The notes beneath the pieces are model-generated. The model worked only from the letters and a program-made list of their open reading frames with translations, searched no databases and had not been told where the DNA came from. Made by a program: the position numbers and the translations under genes. 58,118 nt of DNA from Tolypothrix carrinoi HA7290-LM1 (GTDB lineage Bacteria; Cyanobacteriota; Cyanobacteriia; Cyanobacteriales; Nostocaceae), in assembly GCA_019358935.1 (NCBI GenBank), contig JAHHIK010000050.1, forward strand, positions 1 to 58,118. The letters run 5' to 3'. This document shows positions 1-8,426 of the stretch, piece by piece (the first letter of the stretch is position 1; each line of letters begins with the position of its first letter).

Positions 1-125
1 GCCTCTGGAGACATCGACCTCTGTTTGGGTGGGGAAACTCCTTTAAATAAGCCGAGTCGCGGAAAGAGGAAACCCAAGAAGTGATTCTTGGAATCCCCGT
101 GTCTTCAGACCGGGGAGGATGTCAA
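1..125 (+). mobile_element. Right end (omegaRNA/RE region) of an IS200/IS605-family element; the body lies left of the window
   Basis: GAATCCCCG-tgtcttcagac-CGGGGAGGATGTCAA (91-125) is a subterminal hairpin ending in TCAA, typical of cyanobacterial IS605 right ends; it abuts a truncated minus-strand ORF. Confidence 0.75.
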
Positions 126-227
126 TAAACATTGATAAGCTGGGTATCCTTGAGCAAATGCGGGATCTATGAAAATAAATGTCCCTAGAATAATAAACAC
201 GGTAATCGCCAGAACACGTAAACGCAT
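126..227 (-). pseudogene. N-terminus of a secreted protein interrupted by the IS
   Basis: MRLRVLAITVFIILGTFIFIDPAFA-QGYPAYQCL is a signal peptide with an AFA cleavage motif; the frame runs into the IS end at 125. Confidence 0.6.
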
Positions 228-317
228 TATGGTTTCATTAATCATGATAAGCCTCACTTCATCCGTTTGACTCAAATCAACTAAGTATGTATGTATGGTT
301 TTTTCTTCCCACATCTT

Positions 318-511
318 TTAGACGTTTCCCAACCCCAATTTCGGAATTTTTCGAGTTACAGGCAATTTTTCTCCAAAAAATCTACCCTCAAACCCCATAA
401 CCCTTCCTCCCCTTAGCTTTCAGCCCCCGCAAAATCTTCTCAACTTCCCCACGAGCCGGATATAACAACTGCTGACGCAAAGCACTTTCATAAGCCTGTA
501 TCGCTCTCAAC
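318..511 (-). repeat. Diverged copy of 2906-3100 (last ~40 codons of the TPR gene plus downstream putative promoter)
   Basis: Aligns by eye with 2906-3100; encodes LRAIQAYESALRQQLLYPARGEVEKILRGLKAKGRKGYGV* versus LGAIQAYKSALSQQLLYPARGEVEKMVKRLKAKGRKGYGG*. Confidence 0.9.
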
Positions 512-564
512 CTCAAGTGGTCATCTAAGGGATGAAAATTTATGTGTTATCGTCACTTTTATTA

Positions 565-710
565 GACAATCGCACTCCCGTAAAAAAGGCGATCGCACTT
601 CTGCCTAAACAAAAGCGATCGCTCATCTCCCCACAAAAAAGCGCTCGCCGTTCCTACATCTCCAAAGCGATCGCTCTCCCCCATCTTCCATCATCAAAGC
701 GATCGCAGCA
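565..710. repeat. HIP1-rich short repeat cluster
   Basis: Repeated AAA(G)GCGATCGC units; a similar cluster lies at 1444-1560 on the other side of the TA pair. Confidence 0.75.
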
Positions 711-754
711 AAGAAAATATTGCTAATATTCCATATATAGAATATATTGTATTT

Positions 755-1108
755 ATGGAATGGAATATTATCTTCGATCCTGATTTGAGAATCTGGTTTT
801 ATCAACAAGAACAAGGATTTCAAGATGAGACATTTGCTGTACTAAGTGTGTTGGCGGAATGTGGACCAACACTTGGAAGACCGCGAGTTGATACTCTAGA
901 AGGGTCTTGTTTCAATAATATGAAAGAGCTTCGTATTCAATACAAAGGAGAACCTTGGCGGATTTTATTTGCGTTTGATCCCAAGCGACAGGCTATTTTA
1001 CTGGTTGGGGGCAATAAGTCAAGTAATAAGCGATGGTACAAGGAAAATATGCCGATCGCAGATAAACGGTATGAAAAATATCTGGAAATACTTAAGGAGG
1101 AAAATTGA
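755..1108 (+). CDS. Type II TA toxin, RelE/ParE superfamily (Gp49/HigB-like)
   Basis: 117 aa with GPTLGRPRVDTL..NMKELR..WRILFAFDPKRQAILLVGGNK motifs; toxin-first order. Confidence 0.9.
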   Translation: MEWNIIFDPDLRIWFYQQEQGFQDETFAVLSVLAECGPTLGRPRVDTLEGSCFNNMKELRIQYKGEPWRILFAFDPKRQAILLVGGNKSSNKRWYKENMPIADKRYEKYLEILKEEN

Positions 1109-1425
1109 TGACAAAATATACAACCCTATCTGAAGAGTTAAATAAACTTCCCAGAGACAGACAAGAACTGATTTCAGCAAGAGCTTCCCAAATTCGTCTT
1201 GAAGAAATTACTCTTAGACATCTGCGGGAAAAACTCGGTTTATCTCAATCAGAATTAGCAGAGCGTCTGGAAGTGCAGCAACCAGCAGTATCTAAGCTGG
1301 AACGTAGGCAAAATCTGGAATTAAATACACTTCGAGCAGTTGTGAATGCTTTGGGTGGAACTATCGAAATTATTGTCAGAATTCCGAATAAAGAACCTAT
1401 ACTTCTTAGTGATTATCAAGAATAG
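1108..1425 (+). CDS. XRE-HTH antitoxin (HigA-like)
   Basis: LRHLREKLGLSQSELAERLEVQQPAVSKLER helix-turn-helix; AAGGAGG RBS; overlaps the toxin stop. Confidence 0.9.
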   Translation: MTKYTTLSEELNKLPRDRQELISARASQIRLEEITLRHLREKLGLSQSELAERLEVQQPAVSKLERRQNLELNTLRAVVNALGGTIEIIVRIPNKEPILLSDYQE

Positions 1426-1443
1426 GAACTTGTCACACTTTTG

Positions 1444-1560
1444 CGCGATCGCCCTTCCAAATTCCCCAAAGCGATCGCACTTCCTACATCCTCAAAGCGA
1501 TCGCACTTCTCTAAAAAAGGCGATCGCACTCCCCAATCTCCCATGATCAAAGCGATCGCT
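1444..1560. repeat. HIP1-rich short repeat cluster
   Basis: Five GCGATCGC sites within ~115 bp. Confidence 0.75.
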
Positions 1561-1660
1561 GTATGGGTTTAGTGAAGCTTGCGGGTAATGAAGTAGAGCC
1601 GCGTTGTCAGTTGTATCCTAGTTATTTTAGTGATGTGATTGGGAGTTAAGTAAATAAACG

Positions 1661-1900
1661 TTAGCTGCCCTTATCGTAATTAGCCAGTTGACTTTCAATG
1701 TCTGATAATTGCACCACACCAGAGAAATTTTTACTACTCATCACAAAGGTGGGTGTGCCAGCAATGCCCAATTTTTGAGCTAGTTGGATATCTTCCTCAA
1801 TAGCAGTATTCGCAAGCAGGCGATCGCGCTCAAACTTTGGCAAATCCAATTTAAGTTTTTTGGCAATATCTAAGGTGATTTCTGAGAAAGAATTTACCAA
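1661..1900 (-). pseudogene. C-terminal fragment of a DsbA-family thioredoxin-fold protein
   Basis: DIQLAQKLGIAGTPTFV motif; no CxxC-bearing N-terminus. Confidence 0.7.
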
Positions 1901-2080
1901 TAAAGGTAAAATACGTTCTTGATGACTAAGGAAACAGGAGCAAGAAGAGTGGATACGTTAGTCTCAGCAACCTCAACTAGATCGTTAACACCATCACAAA
2001 TCGAAGACCTACGACTGGCAGCATCTTGATTCCAGAATTACAAATTCCCTAACCAACAAGCTCACAACTTGAGTCCAACC

Positions 2081-2140
2081 TAAAGAGTTAATTGAAACGC
2101 CCCAATATCAGCACTACCATCGGCAGCACGACTTCTGACT
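2081..2140 (-). pseudogene. Relic of a surface-protein (choice-of-anchor Q-like) segment
   Basis: Translates RAADGSADIGAFQLTL*, resembling the DIGA(F/Y)E motif; no full ORF. Confidence 0.35.
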
Positions 2141-2410
2141 AAAGATAAGTGATCGCACTCCGGGAAAAAAGGCGATCGCTCTCTGGCTTAGGGCATCGTA
2201 GACATCGCACCGACAATTGATAAGGTGCGTTAGCCAAAGCGTAACGCAACCTAAAATATCAAGCTATCGCACTAAGGGATGAAAGCAGTGCGTAGTATTT
2301 TCGGGAATAAGTTGTGTGGGTTAATAATTGCCGTTTGAACCTAAAACTTGTATCCCTTGCACAGCCAGGGTTTTTGGATTCGGGGCAATTTCATTCACGG
2401 GTCTATGGGG

Positions 2411-2827
2411 CTAGATATCTTCTTCCTTCATCTTTACCTTTACTGACCCCGCTTTATTTAAGGTGTCGAATTGCACCGTTATGCTCGCCGTAGGTACGTT
2501 GTTCCTGTTGCAAGTAACTTTTTCTGTTCCCCCGTTGGGGACAATCACAGTCTCTTTTGCACAATGGAAATGTACTGGGGAATCTATGTCGAGCGTGGCG
2601 GGATTGTATGGGTCGTTGCTGGTGAAGTTCAATGTGACTTTGGGCACAATTTCGGACGGAGTGAAAATGCACACTTCTTTTGCATTTGCTACTAGAGTGT
2701 AGTCGGTGTTTGCACTACAAAAATAGAACTTGACCGGTGGTTCCGCGTTGGCTGTTTGCGCGTTTCCTGCTACTAGACTGATGCAAACTGCGCAGATCAG
2801 TAGGATTTTTGAGAGAATTCTTTTCAT
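2411..2827 (-). CDS. Secreted hypothetical protein, Cys-containing and beta-rich
   Basis: 138 aa; signal peptide MKRILSKILLICAVCISLVAGNAQTANA; AGGAAGG RBS; four Cys in the mature part. Confidence 0.8.
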   Translation of the reverse strand: MKRILSKILLICAVCISLVAGNAQTANAEPPVKFYFCSANTDYTLVANAKEVCIFTPSEIVPKVTLNFTSNDPYNPATLDIDSPVHFHCAKETVIVPNGGTEKVTCNRNNVPTASITVQFDTLNKAGSVKVKMKEEDI

Positions 2828-2905
2828 GATTATCCTTCCTAAGTGTATCGGTAAGTGGGTTGTAATTGAATTCCAAGGGGGAAACTCGTTGGTTTTACCT
2901 ATTAA

Positions 2906-2934
2906 TTAGACGTTTCCCAACCCCAATTTGTGAA
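2906..2934 (-). promoter_or_regulatory. Putative ECF-sigma promoter TTCACA-N16-CGTCTAA
   Basis: Minus strand ttcaca-aattggggttgggaaa-cgtctaa upstream of the secreted gene; the copy at 318-346 reads ttccga-N16-cgtctaa; homology between the copies ends just after the putative -10. Confidence 0.5.
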
Positions 2935-2976
2935 TTTTTCGAGTTAGAGGCAAATTTTCTCCCAAAAAATCCACCG

Positions 2977-4572
2977 TCACCCCCCATAACCCTTCCTCCC
3001 CTTAGCTTTCAGCCGCTTCACCATCTTCTCAACTTCCCCACGAGCCGGATATAACAACTGCTGACTCAAAGCACTTTTATAAGCCTGTATCGCTCCCAAC
3101 TTATCCCCTAACCCTACCAAGGCTCTCCCTAACCAGTAATCAGCCCCAGCCGGGTTCAACGCCCTCAATTCTTGACATCCCTCACAAGCCGCTTCCCACG
3201 ATCGCTTACTAGCCCCAACATCCCCCAGCACTTGGTAACTCTCCCCCAGCCAAACCAACCCAGGCACTAATTGCAGATAACCCCCTGCTGGTAAAATATG
3301 CGATCCTTTCTCCAACACCTCCACCGCTTCCTCATGTTTTCCAGCCAAGGCTAAAACCCGTCCATGACGAAACCAAGCATCAGCTAACTGGGGCTGTAGA
3401 TGCGTCCCCTGTTCAGAAACCTGACACCCCCGTTCAATCTCCTGAAAGCATTCCACCAAAACTCGCCCCGCGATCGCCCAAACACTCCAGCGTTCAGGAA
3501 ACCGCTTCAACATCTCTTCCACCAAAGGACGCAACTTCTCCAACCGTGTCGTAAGGGGTAAAATCTCGCACAACGCCCGATAGATTTCACAATCATCGGG
3601 ATACAGATGATAAGCTTTCCACATTATCTCAGCCGCTTTCTGATATTCCCCCGTGTCAAACAAGCACCGCCCATAGTAATACCAACCATAAGGATGATGC
3701 GGGTGTTCTGCGGTAAACTCTGCTAATACTTCTACACCTTGCACCCAATCCCCACGGAGAATATGATAATATGCCAGTGATTTGTGAGCCTCAGCCCCAT
3801 GAGGAGCCTGTCGCAGTGCAGAGGTAATCATATTTTTAGTCTGTTTCCCCTCTTTACCAGATACCAATCTCATCTGACAACGCCGATCAATTTGTCGTTG
3901 CAATACCCGTAAATCATCGCCAGCTAAGGCTATAACCCTGCTCAACAACTCTCTAGCTGTTTGAATATCCCCCACCGCCATCAGCGCATCATAGCTGTGA
4001 ATCAACGCGACAACATCATCTGGGTTGACTGACAAAACCTGCTTCAAGGCACTGAGAGTACCAATAGGATTTTCTCTCCCCTGATGCACCTGTGCCAAAG
4101 CCAGCCAGTGAACTACTTTGTCAGGTTCTAAAGCAGCTGCTAAATTAAAAGCGATGATTGCCTTCTGACTCTCACCTCTGCAAACTGCAATCAATCCATT
4201 TATATGATTCTGAGTCCCTGCATTTTCAGACAACAATAAGGCTTTTTCATATATTTCTATAGCCTCTTTTTGTAGTCCCATCAGCTGCAAGATTTTCCCC
4301 AGTTGCAGTCGCAGATCAATTAATAGAGGTTGTCGTGAAATCACTTGACGATATTCTGTAACTGCTTGTTGCCAGTTTCCCATCTCGTAAAGCAAATCAG
4401 CCAGTTCTAATCTTTTTTTCCATCCTTGGGGATATTTCTGAACATACTTATTTAAGGTGATGAGTTTCTGCTCTTGTCTAGCTGGCTTTTCTTCTAAAAG
4501 CAAGTGAGCATTCATCTCCAGCCCAGAGAATTGGGTGAACTGTACCAAGGAGGTGGCAAGGTTTCCAGACAT
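2977..4572 (-). CDS. Tetratricopeptide repeat protein
   Basis: 531 aa of tandem TPR helices; overlaps the 3' end of the sigma gene; start could be 4515. Confidence 0.9.
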   Translation of the reverse strand: MSGNLATSLVQFTQFSGLEMNAHLLLEEKPARQEQKLITLNKYVQKYPQGWKKRLELADLLYEMGNWQQAVTEYRQVISRQPLLIDLRLQLGKILQLMGLQKEAIEIYEKALLLSENAGTQNHINGLIAVCRGESQKAIIAFNLAAALEPDKVVHWLALAQVHQGRENPIGTLSALKQVLSVNPDDVVALIHSYDALMAVGDIQTARELLSRVIALAGDDLRVLQRQIDRRCQMRLVSGKEGKQTKNMITSALRQAPHGAEAHKSLAYYHILRGDWVQGVEVLAEFTAEHPHHPYGWYYYGRCLFDTGEYQKAAEIMWKAYHLYPDDCEIYRALCEILPLTTRLEKLRPLVEEMLKRFPERWSVWAIAGRVLVECFQEIERGCQVSEQGTHLQPQLADAWFRHGRVLALAGKHEEAVEVLEKGSHILPAGGYLQLVPGLVWLGESYQVLGDVGASKRSWEAACEGCQELRALNPAGADYWLGRALVGLGDKLGAIQAYKSALSQQLLYPARGEVEKMVKRLKAKGRKGYGG

Positions 4573-5477
4573 ATTACGGTTACCTTATAGTTAATTTCTT
4601 CGCTGTTGCTGTTTGTTGTAATTGGTGATTCCCAATTACAAATCACTGTTTCATCAGATTTAGGACTTACGCACTCAGTCGCGAGAAAACAAGACTTTGA
4701 GATTGCTTCCTCGCGTCGCAATGACGGAAATACGTAGTCCGTGCGTAAGTCCTGAGGTTGAACCTCTTCCACCATCAAAATTACCGTTTTTAAGGATGGT
4801 AAGAGGGAATCTAAAGAAGTGTTATCTTCCCCGGCAAGATACTTCTTTAACTGCTTTTTTAGAATCCTGCGTGCCTCTTGAATGCATTTGCGAACGTTCT
4901 CTTTAGAGAGGGCGAGTCGCTTGGCAATATCTTTACAGGATTTCTCTTGGCAGTAGTGTAAGATAAAAGGATGGCGTAATCTGTCAGGTAAAGATTCAAT
5001 TCTATAGTGCAGATATGCTCGCATCTCCAAATTCAAAATATTGGATTCAGGGAATCCTACCCTAGAAGCAAATGCTGGATGATCTGCAAATTTAATATCA
5101 TCAATGTTTTCAATTCCTGTGGCTTCTCGTTTGCGTTTTCGATGCACATCCATGCATAAGTTATAAATAATTCGAGCTAACCACGCTTTCGGATCTATAA
5201 TTTTATTTGCATCTTTTGTCCATTCATTCCAGGCTTTGAGCATTGCCTGATTTAGTGCATCTTCGGCATCATGAGAATTACCTCCGATCCACTGTAGGCA
5301 ACATTTGTAAAAATAATCTTGATATGATTCCCATAATTGCCAAAAATCCCCACAATTATTTTGAGATAAAGCCCTGGATTGGCTTTCTTTTGGCAATACA
5401 TTCCTGATTTCCAGCCCTGATAAGCAGAACAAAAGTTCTTGTTCTGGGTTGGCTTGTATACCTGATTTCTTATTCAT
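4512..5477 (-). CDS. Sigma-70 family (ECF-like) sigma factor with C-terminal extension
   Basis: Region 2 DAEDALNQAMLKAW..KAWLARIIYNLCMD; region 4 IESLPDRLRHPFILHY..KDIAKRL; no region 1 or 3. Confidence 0.9.
   Translation of the reverse strand: MNKKSGIQANPEQELLFCLSGLEIRNVLPKESQSRALSQNNCGDFWQLWESYQDYFYKCCLQWIGGNSHDAEDALNQAMLKAWNEWTKDANKIIDPKAWLARIIYNLCMDVHRKRKREATGIENIDDIKFADHPAFASRVGFPESNILNLEMRAYLHYRIESLPDRLRHPFILHYCQEKSCKDIAKRLALSKENVRKCIQEARRILKKQLKKYLAGEDNTSLDSLLPSLKTVILMVEEVQPQDLRTDYVFPSLRREEAISKSCFLATECVSPKSDETVICNWESPITTNSNSEEINYKVTVICLETLPPPWYSSPNSLGWR
4662..4753. mobile_element. Miniature inverted-repeat element inside the sigma gene
   Basis: Terminal inverted repeats AGGACTTACGCAC...GTGCGTAAGTCCT; the sigma ORF reads through it. 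Confidence 0.75.
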
Positions 5478-5630
5478 TATTTAAAACATGAGGGATGATG
5501 TACTTAGGATTTACGCATTGACAGAATGGTAAATTTATGCAATCAAAACACACATCCGCATGTTCGCTTCAAGCATTTGTTCGCTTGGAGAAAATGCCTC
5601 TGAGAAATTGATTTCTAATTGGTATGAACT

Positions 5631-5875
5631 AGGACTTACGCCTTGACATAAATTTTCTGGTGTGCATAAAGCGTAACTTGGTTTGCCCAACAGAAGTCAA
5701 GCATGAATGAGATTCATAACTGTACACATTCTTAATGGGTGTAAGGAAAATCAATTTATGCAGTTTTGGGATTATGTGGAAAAAATTGCCAGTATTCTGG
5801 TCAGTTCAACCAAAAAGACTGAGTGAGCGTGCCGTTAATACACGTAACTGTCTCAAAGTAAAGTGCGTAAGTCCT
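5631..5875. mobile_element. MITE with AGGACTTACGC inverted repeats and target-site duplication
   Basis: AGGACTTACGC (5631) ... GCGTAAGTCCT (5875), flanked by TATGAACT at 5623-5630 and 5875-5882. Confidence 0.8.
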
Positions 5876-6371
5876 ATGAACTACAAAGGAATTTATTCAG
5901 AATACATTTTTGATAATCTAATCAATGCTTGTGCTGCTTGAATACATGGGCTAGCATTTTTGTCAATGTGTAAGTCATAGCTTTATAATCTTGCTGTGAC
6001 GAAGTCTTTGATTTGAAAAACCAGCTAATAAATAGGTGCAAGTATTGTATTTGCTGGTTATTAAAAGCTTATCGCATCCTAGTCCCTTCCCGGTGGAAGA
6101 ATACCTAATTAACGAACCGCGTACTCCGTTGGAGAAGCCGAAGGCTAGATGCGAAGTACACGTTCGCCCTTGGCGTCTGGTGAAGGAGAAGGAAGAAGAG
6201 GAAGAAGATAGGTAATCTTGTAGCGGGAAAGGAGTAGTCGGCAAAGTCGGATCAAGTCGGATCTTCAACTGAAACATCAGGAGTCCCCCACTGAATTCCG
6301 TCTTCGCTTGGCAGTGGCGGGAGGAATGATGGGCAATGACGAGTTGACCAACCACCAACAATAACCGCAGG

Positions 6372-6587
6372 TTATTTCGGGACGTTGGTCGAGGAGGAAT
6401 TGCCATCTTCTCTACTCCACTGAACCATTAATCCCGGTAATGCATTCCTAAGCTTTTTCTGCCAATCGGGTATTGCTTTGAGTTGTTCTTTCGCTTCGCT
6501 ACTTAACTTAAAACAAACTGGTTTAGGATCTAAAGCTTTTTCTCCTTCTGGTTCCCAACAATATTCATTATCTTTCCGGAAAGGCAT
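6372..6587 (-). CDS. Small protein divergent from tnpB, possibly ribbon-helix-helix-like
   Basis: 71 aa; KPVCFKLSSEAKEQLKAIPDWQKKLRNAL has a beta-alpha-alpha pattern; head-to-head with tnpB. Confidence 0.65.
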   Translation of the reverse strand: MPFRKDNEYCWEPEGEKALDPKPVCFKLSSEAKEQLKAIPDWQKKLRNALPGLMVQWSREDGNSSSTNVPK

Positions 6588-6590
6588 AGT

Positions 6591-6633
6591 TATTTATGTA
6601 TTATGGTGGTATACTACCATTAAAGCATAAATA
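6591..6633. promoter_or_regulatory. Long imperfect palindrome in the divergent promoter (candidate operator)
   Basis: TATTTATG-tatt-ATGGTGGTATACTACCAT-taaag-CATAAATA. Confidence 0.55.
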
Positions 6634-6649
6634 CAAGGAGGTGATGTTG

Positions 6650-7793
6650 ATGTACAAAAAAGACCCGCAGATTTTAACAGTTGCGTGCAAGTTGATAGCA
6701 ACTCCGCAACAAATGCAAGATTTTACCAACCTGTCGTTAATGTTTGCGGCGACTTGTAATTACATCAACGCTAGTGTTAACTCCAAATACAAAAGCGCAC
6801 CCAAAGTTCAGAAATTGATTTACGCGGATGCCAAAATTAAATCAGGGATGCAAGCAAATCACGTTATTCAGGCTTGTATTCGCGTAGCTGGAAATCGCAA
6901 AGTAGCAGAAGTATCAGAGTTTAAGCCAGGTTCAGTATTGTATGATGCGCGAACCTTCTCACTTGCCCGCGACTTGAAAACAGTTAGTTTATCTGTTCTA
7001 GGCAAGCGGATTAAAGTTGATTTGATACTTGGAAATTATCAGCGCGAAATGCTGGATATGAGTAAGTCTGAGCCTAGTAGCGCAAAGATAGGTAAAACGC
7101 AAAACTGATTGGTATCTCCACGTCCAAGTAAAGGTAAGTGCAAAAAATGATAGTCCACGCATAACAAGTAAAAACAATTACTTGGGCGTTGATTTGGGGC
7201 GGAAAGACATCGCGAGTCTTAGTGATGGAAAATCCTTCTCAGGCAAAGATATCGAAAAAGTGCGGACTAAATATTCCAAAATCCGCGCTAGATTACAATA
7301 CAAAGCTAGTTTAGGCACTCGTAGTAGTCGCAGACGTTGCCGACAATTACAGAAACGGTTAGCTGGCAAAGATAGAAGGTTCCAAGCATGGTTGAACCAT
7401 AATATAGCTTTGCAGATTGTTTTAGGAGCGCGATACTTTTCGTACTCACATATTGTCCTAGAAGATTTAACAGGGATTAGAGAGCGCACCAATAGTCAGC
7501 CTAGAAGCCGTGAACAACGCTTTCTGGCTAACTCATGGTCGTTCTATCAGCTAAAGCTGTTTATTCAGTACAAAGCAAATATTTATGGGGTTCCAGTTGT
7601 CTTGGTAAATCCGCGCTACACTTCACAGACCTGCCATAACTGCTTGCATATCCATCCCGTACCAGGAAAGTCTTACCGCAACGCAAAAGACTACCACTGT
7701 CGTCATTGTGACTGGAAAGGGGATGCTGATTACAACGCAGCAAATGTCATTAAACAATTAGGGGCGACTGTAAACCGTCCCTGCGCTTGGTGA
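6650..7793 (+). pseudogene. tnpB: TnpB RNA-guided nuclease, frameshifted near 7091
   Basis: ORFs 6596-7108 and 7182-7793 join by removing 1 nt (..SAKI/VKRKTDWYLHVQV..); RuvC motifs GVDLG, VLEDL, DADYNAA and a Zn finger are present; AGGAGG RBS. Confidence 0.9.
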
Positions 7794-7994
7794 ATATCTT
7801 AGCTGCAATCTTTCTGCGCTATTAGATTCTAGGGCTTCTGAAAGCCACACTCAATCGGTACTCCGATGAGTGTGCGGTAGTTTACTAAGGTCTAAGCTCG
7901 ACTTTTTTTGTCCAAAGTCCAATTATTGGGCAAACTGGGTTTTCAGCCATCCATCCTTGTAAATTGTAAATACCGAGTCTTTAAGGCATCATCT

Positions 7995-8426
7995 ATGAAC
8001 CAAACTTTATTTCATCTCGCTTTCCCGGTTACTGACATTGCCCAAACCAAGGCATATTATGTCGATGGGTTGGGTTGCGTTGCCGGTCGCGAAAATAAGC
8101 ACGCGCTGATTCTCAATCTTTACGGTCATCAATTGGTAGCGCACATGACCAAAGAACCTCTAACATCCCAACGCGGTATCTATCCCAGACACTTTGGGCT
8201 AATTTTTACGGTTGAAAGTGACTGGGAAGATTTATTAAGGCGATCGCAACAACGACAGCTGCTTTTTTTTGAAGAAGCCAAAGACCGCTTTGTCGGTTCT
8301 CCTCTAGAACACCGCACTTTCTTTTTAGAAGATCCTTTTCATAACTTAATGGAGTTTAAATATTATCGTTACCCAGAAGCGATTTTTGGAAGTCCTGAGT
8401 ATGCCCAAATTGGCGATCGCAATTAA
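7995..8426 (+). CDS. VOC/glyoxalase family protein
   Basis: FHLAFPV..YGHQLVAH..HFGL..FFLEDPFHNLMEFK. Confidence 0.9.
   Translation: MNQTLFHLAFPVTDIAQTKAYYVDGLGCVAGRENKHALILNLYGHQLVAHMTKEPLTSQRGIYPRHFGLIFTVESDWEDLLRRSQQRQLLFFEEAKDRFVGSPLEHRTFFLEDPFHNLMEFKYYRYPEAIFGSPEYAQIGDRN

Larger units (their letters stand above)
5972..7885 (+). mobile_element. Non-autonomous IS200/IS605-type (tnpB-only) element
   Basis: Candidate left hairpin GTCATAGC..GCTGTGAC (~5974-6000); right hairpin CACACTCAATCGGTACTCCGATGAGTGTG followed by GTAGTTTAC (7885); no tnpA; left boundary tentative. Confidence 0.65.

Noticed and set aside
5975..6406. 143-aa minus-strand ORF in the tnpB element
   Set aside because: Low complexity, crosses an SDR insert and has no recognisable motifs; kept only as unexplained cargo
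7085..7110. Programmed frameshift in tnpB
   Set aside because: No clear slippery site or stimulatory structure; more likely a 1-nt insertion or a sequencing error
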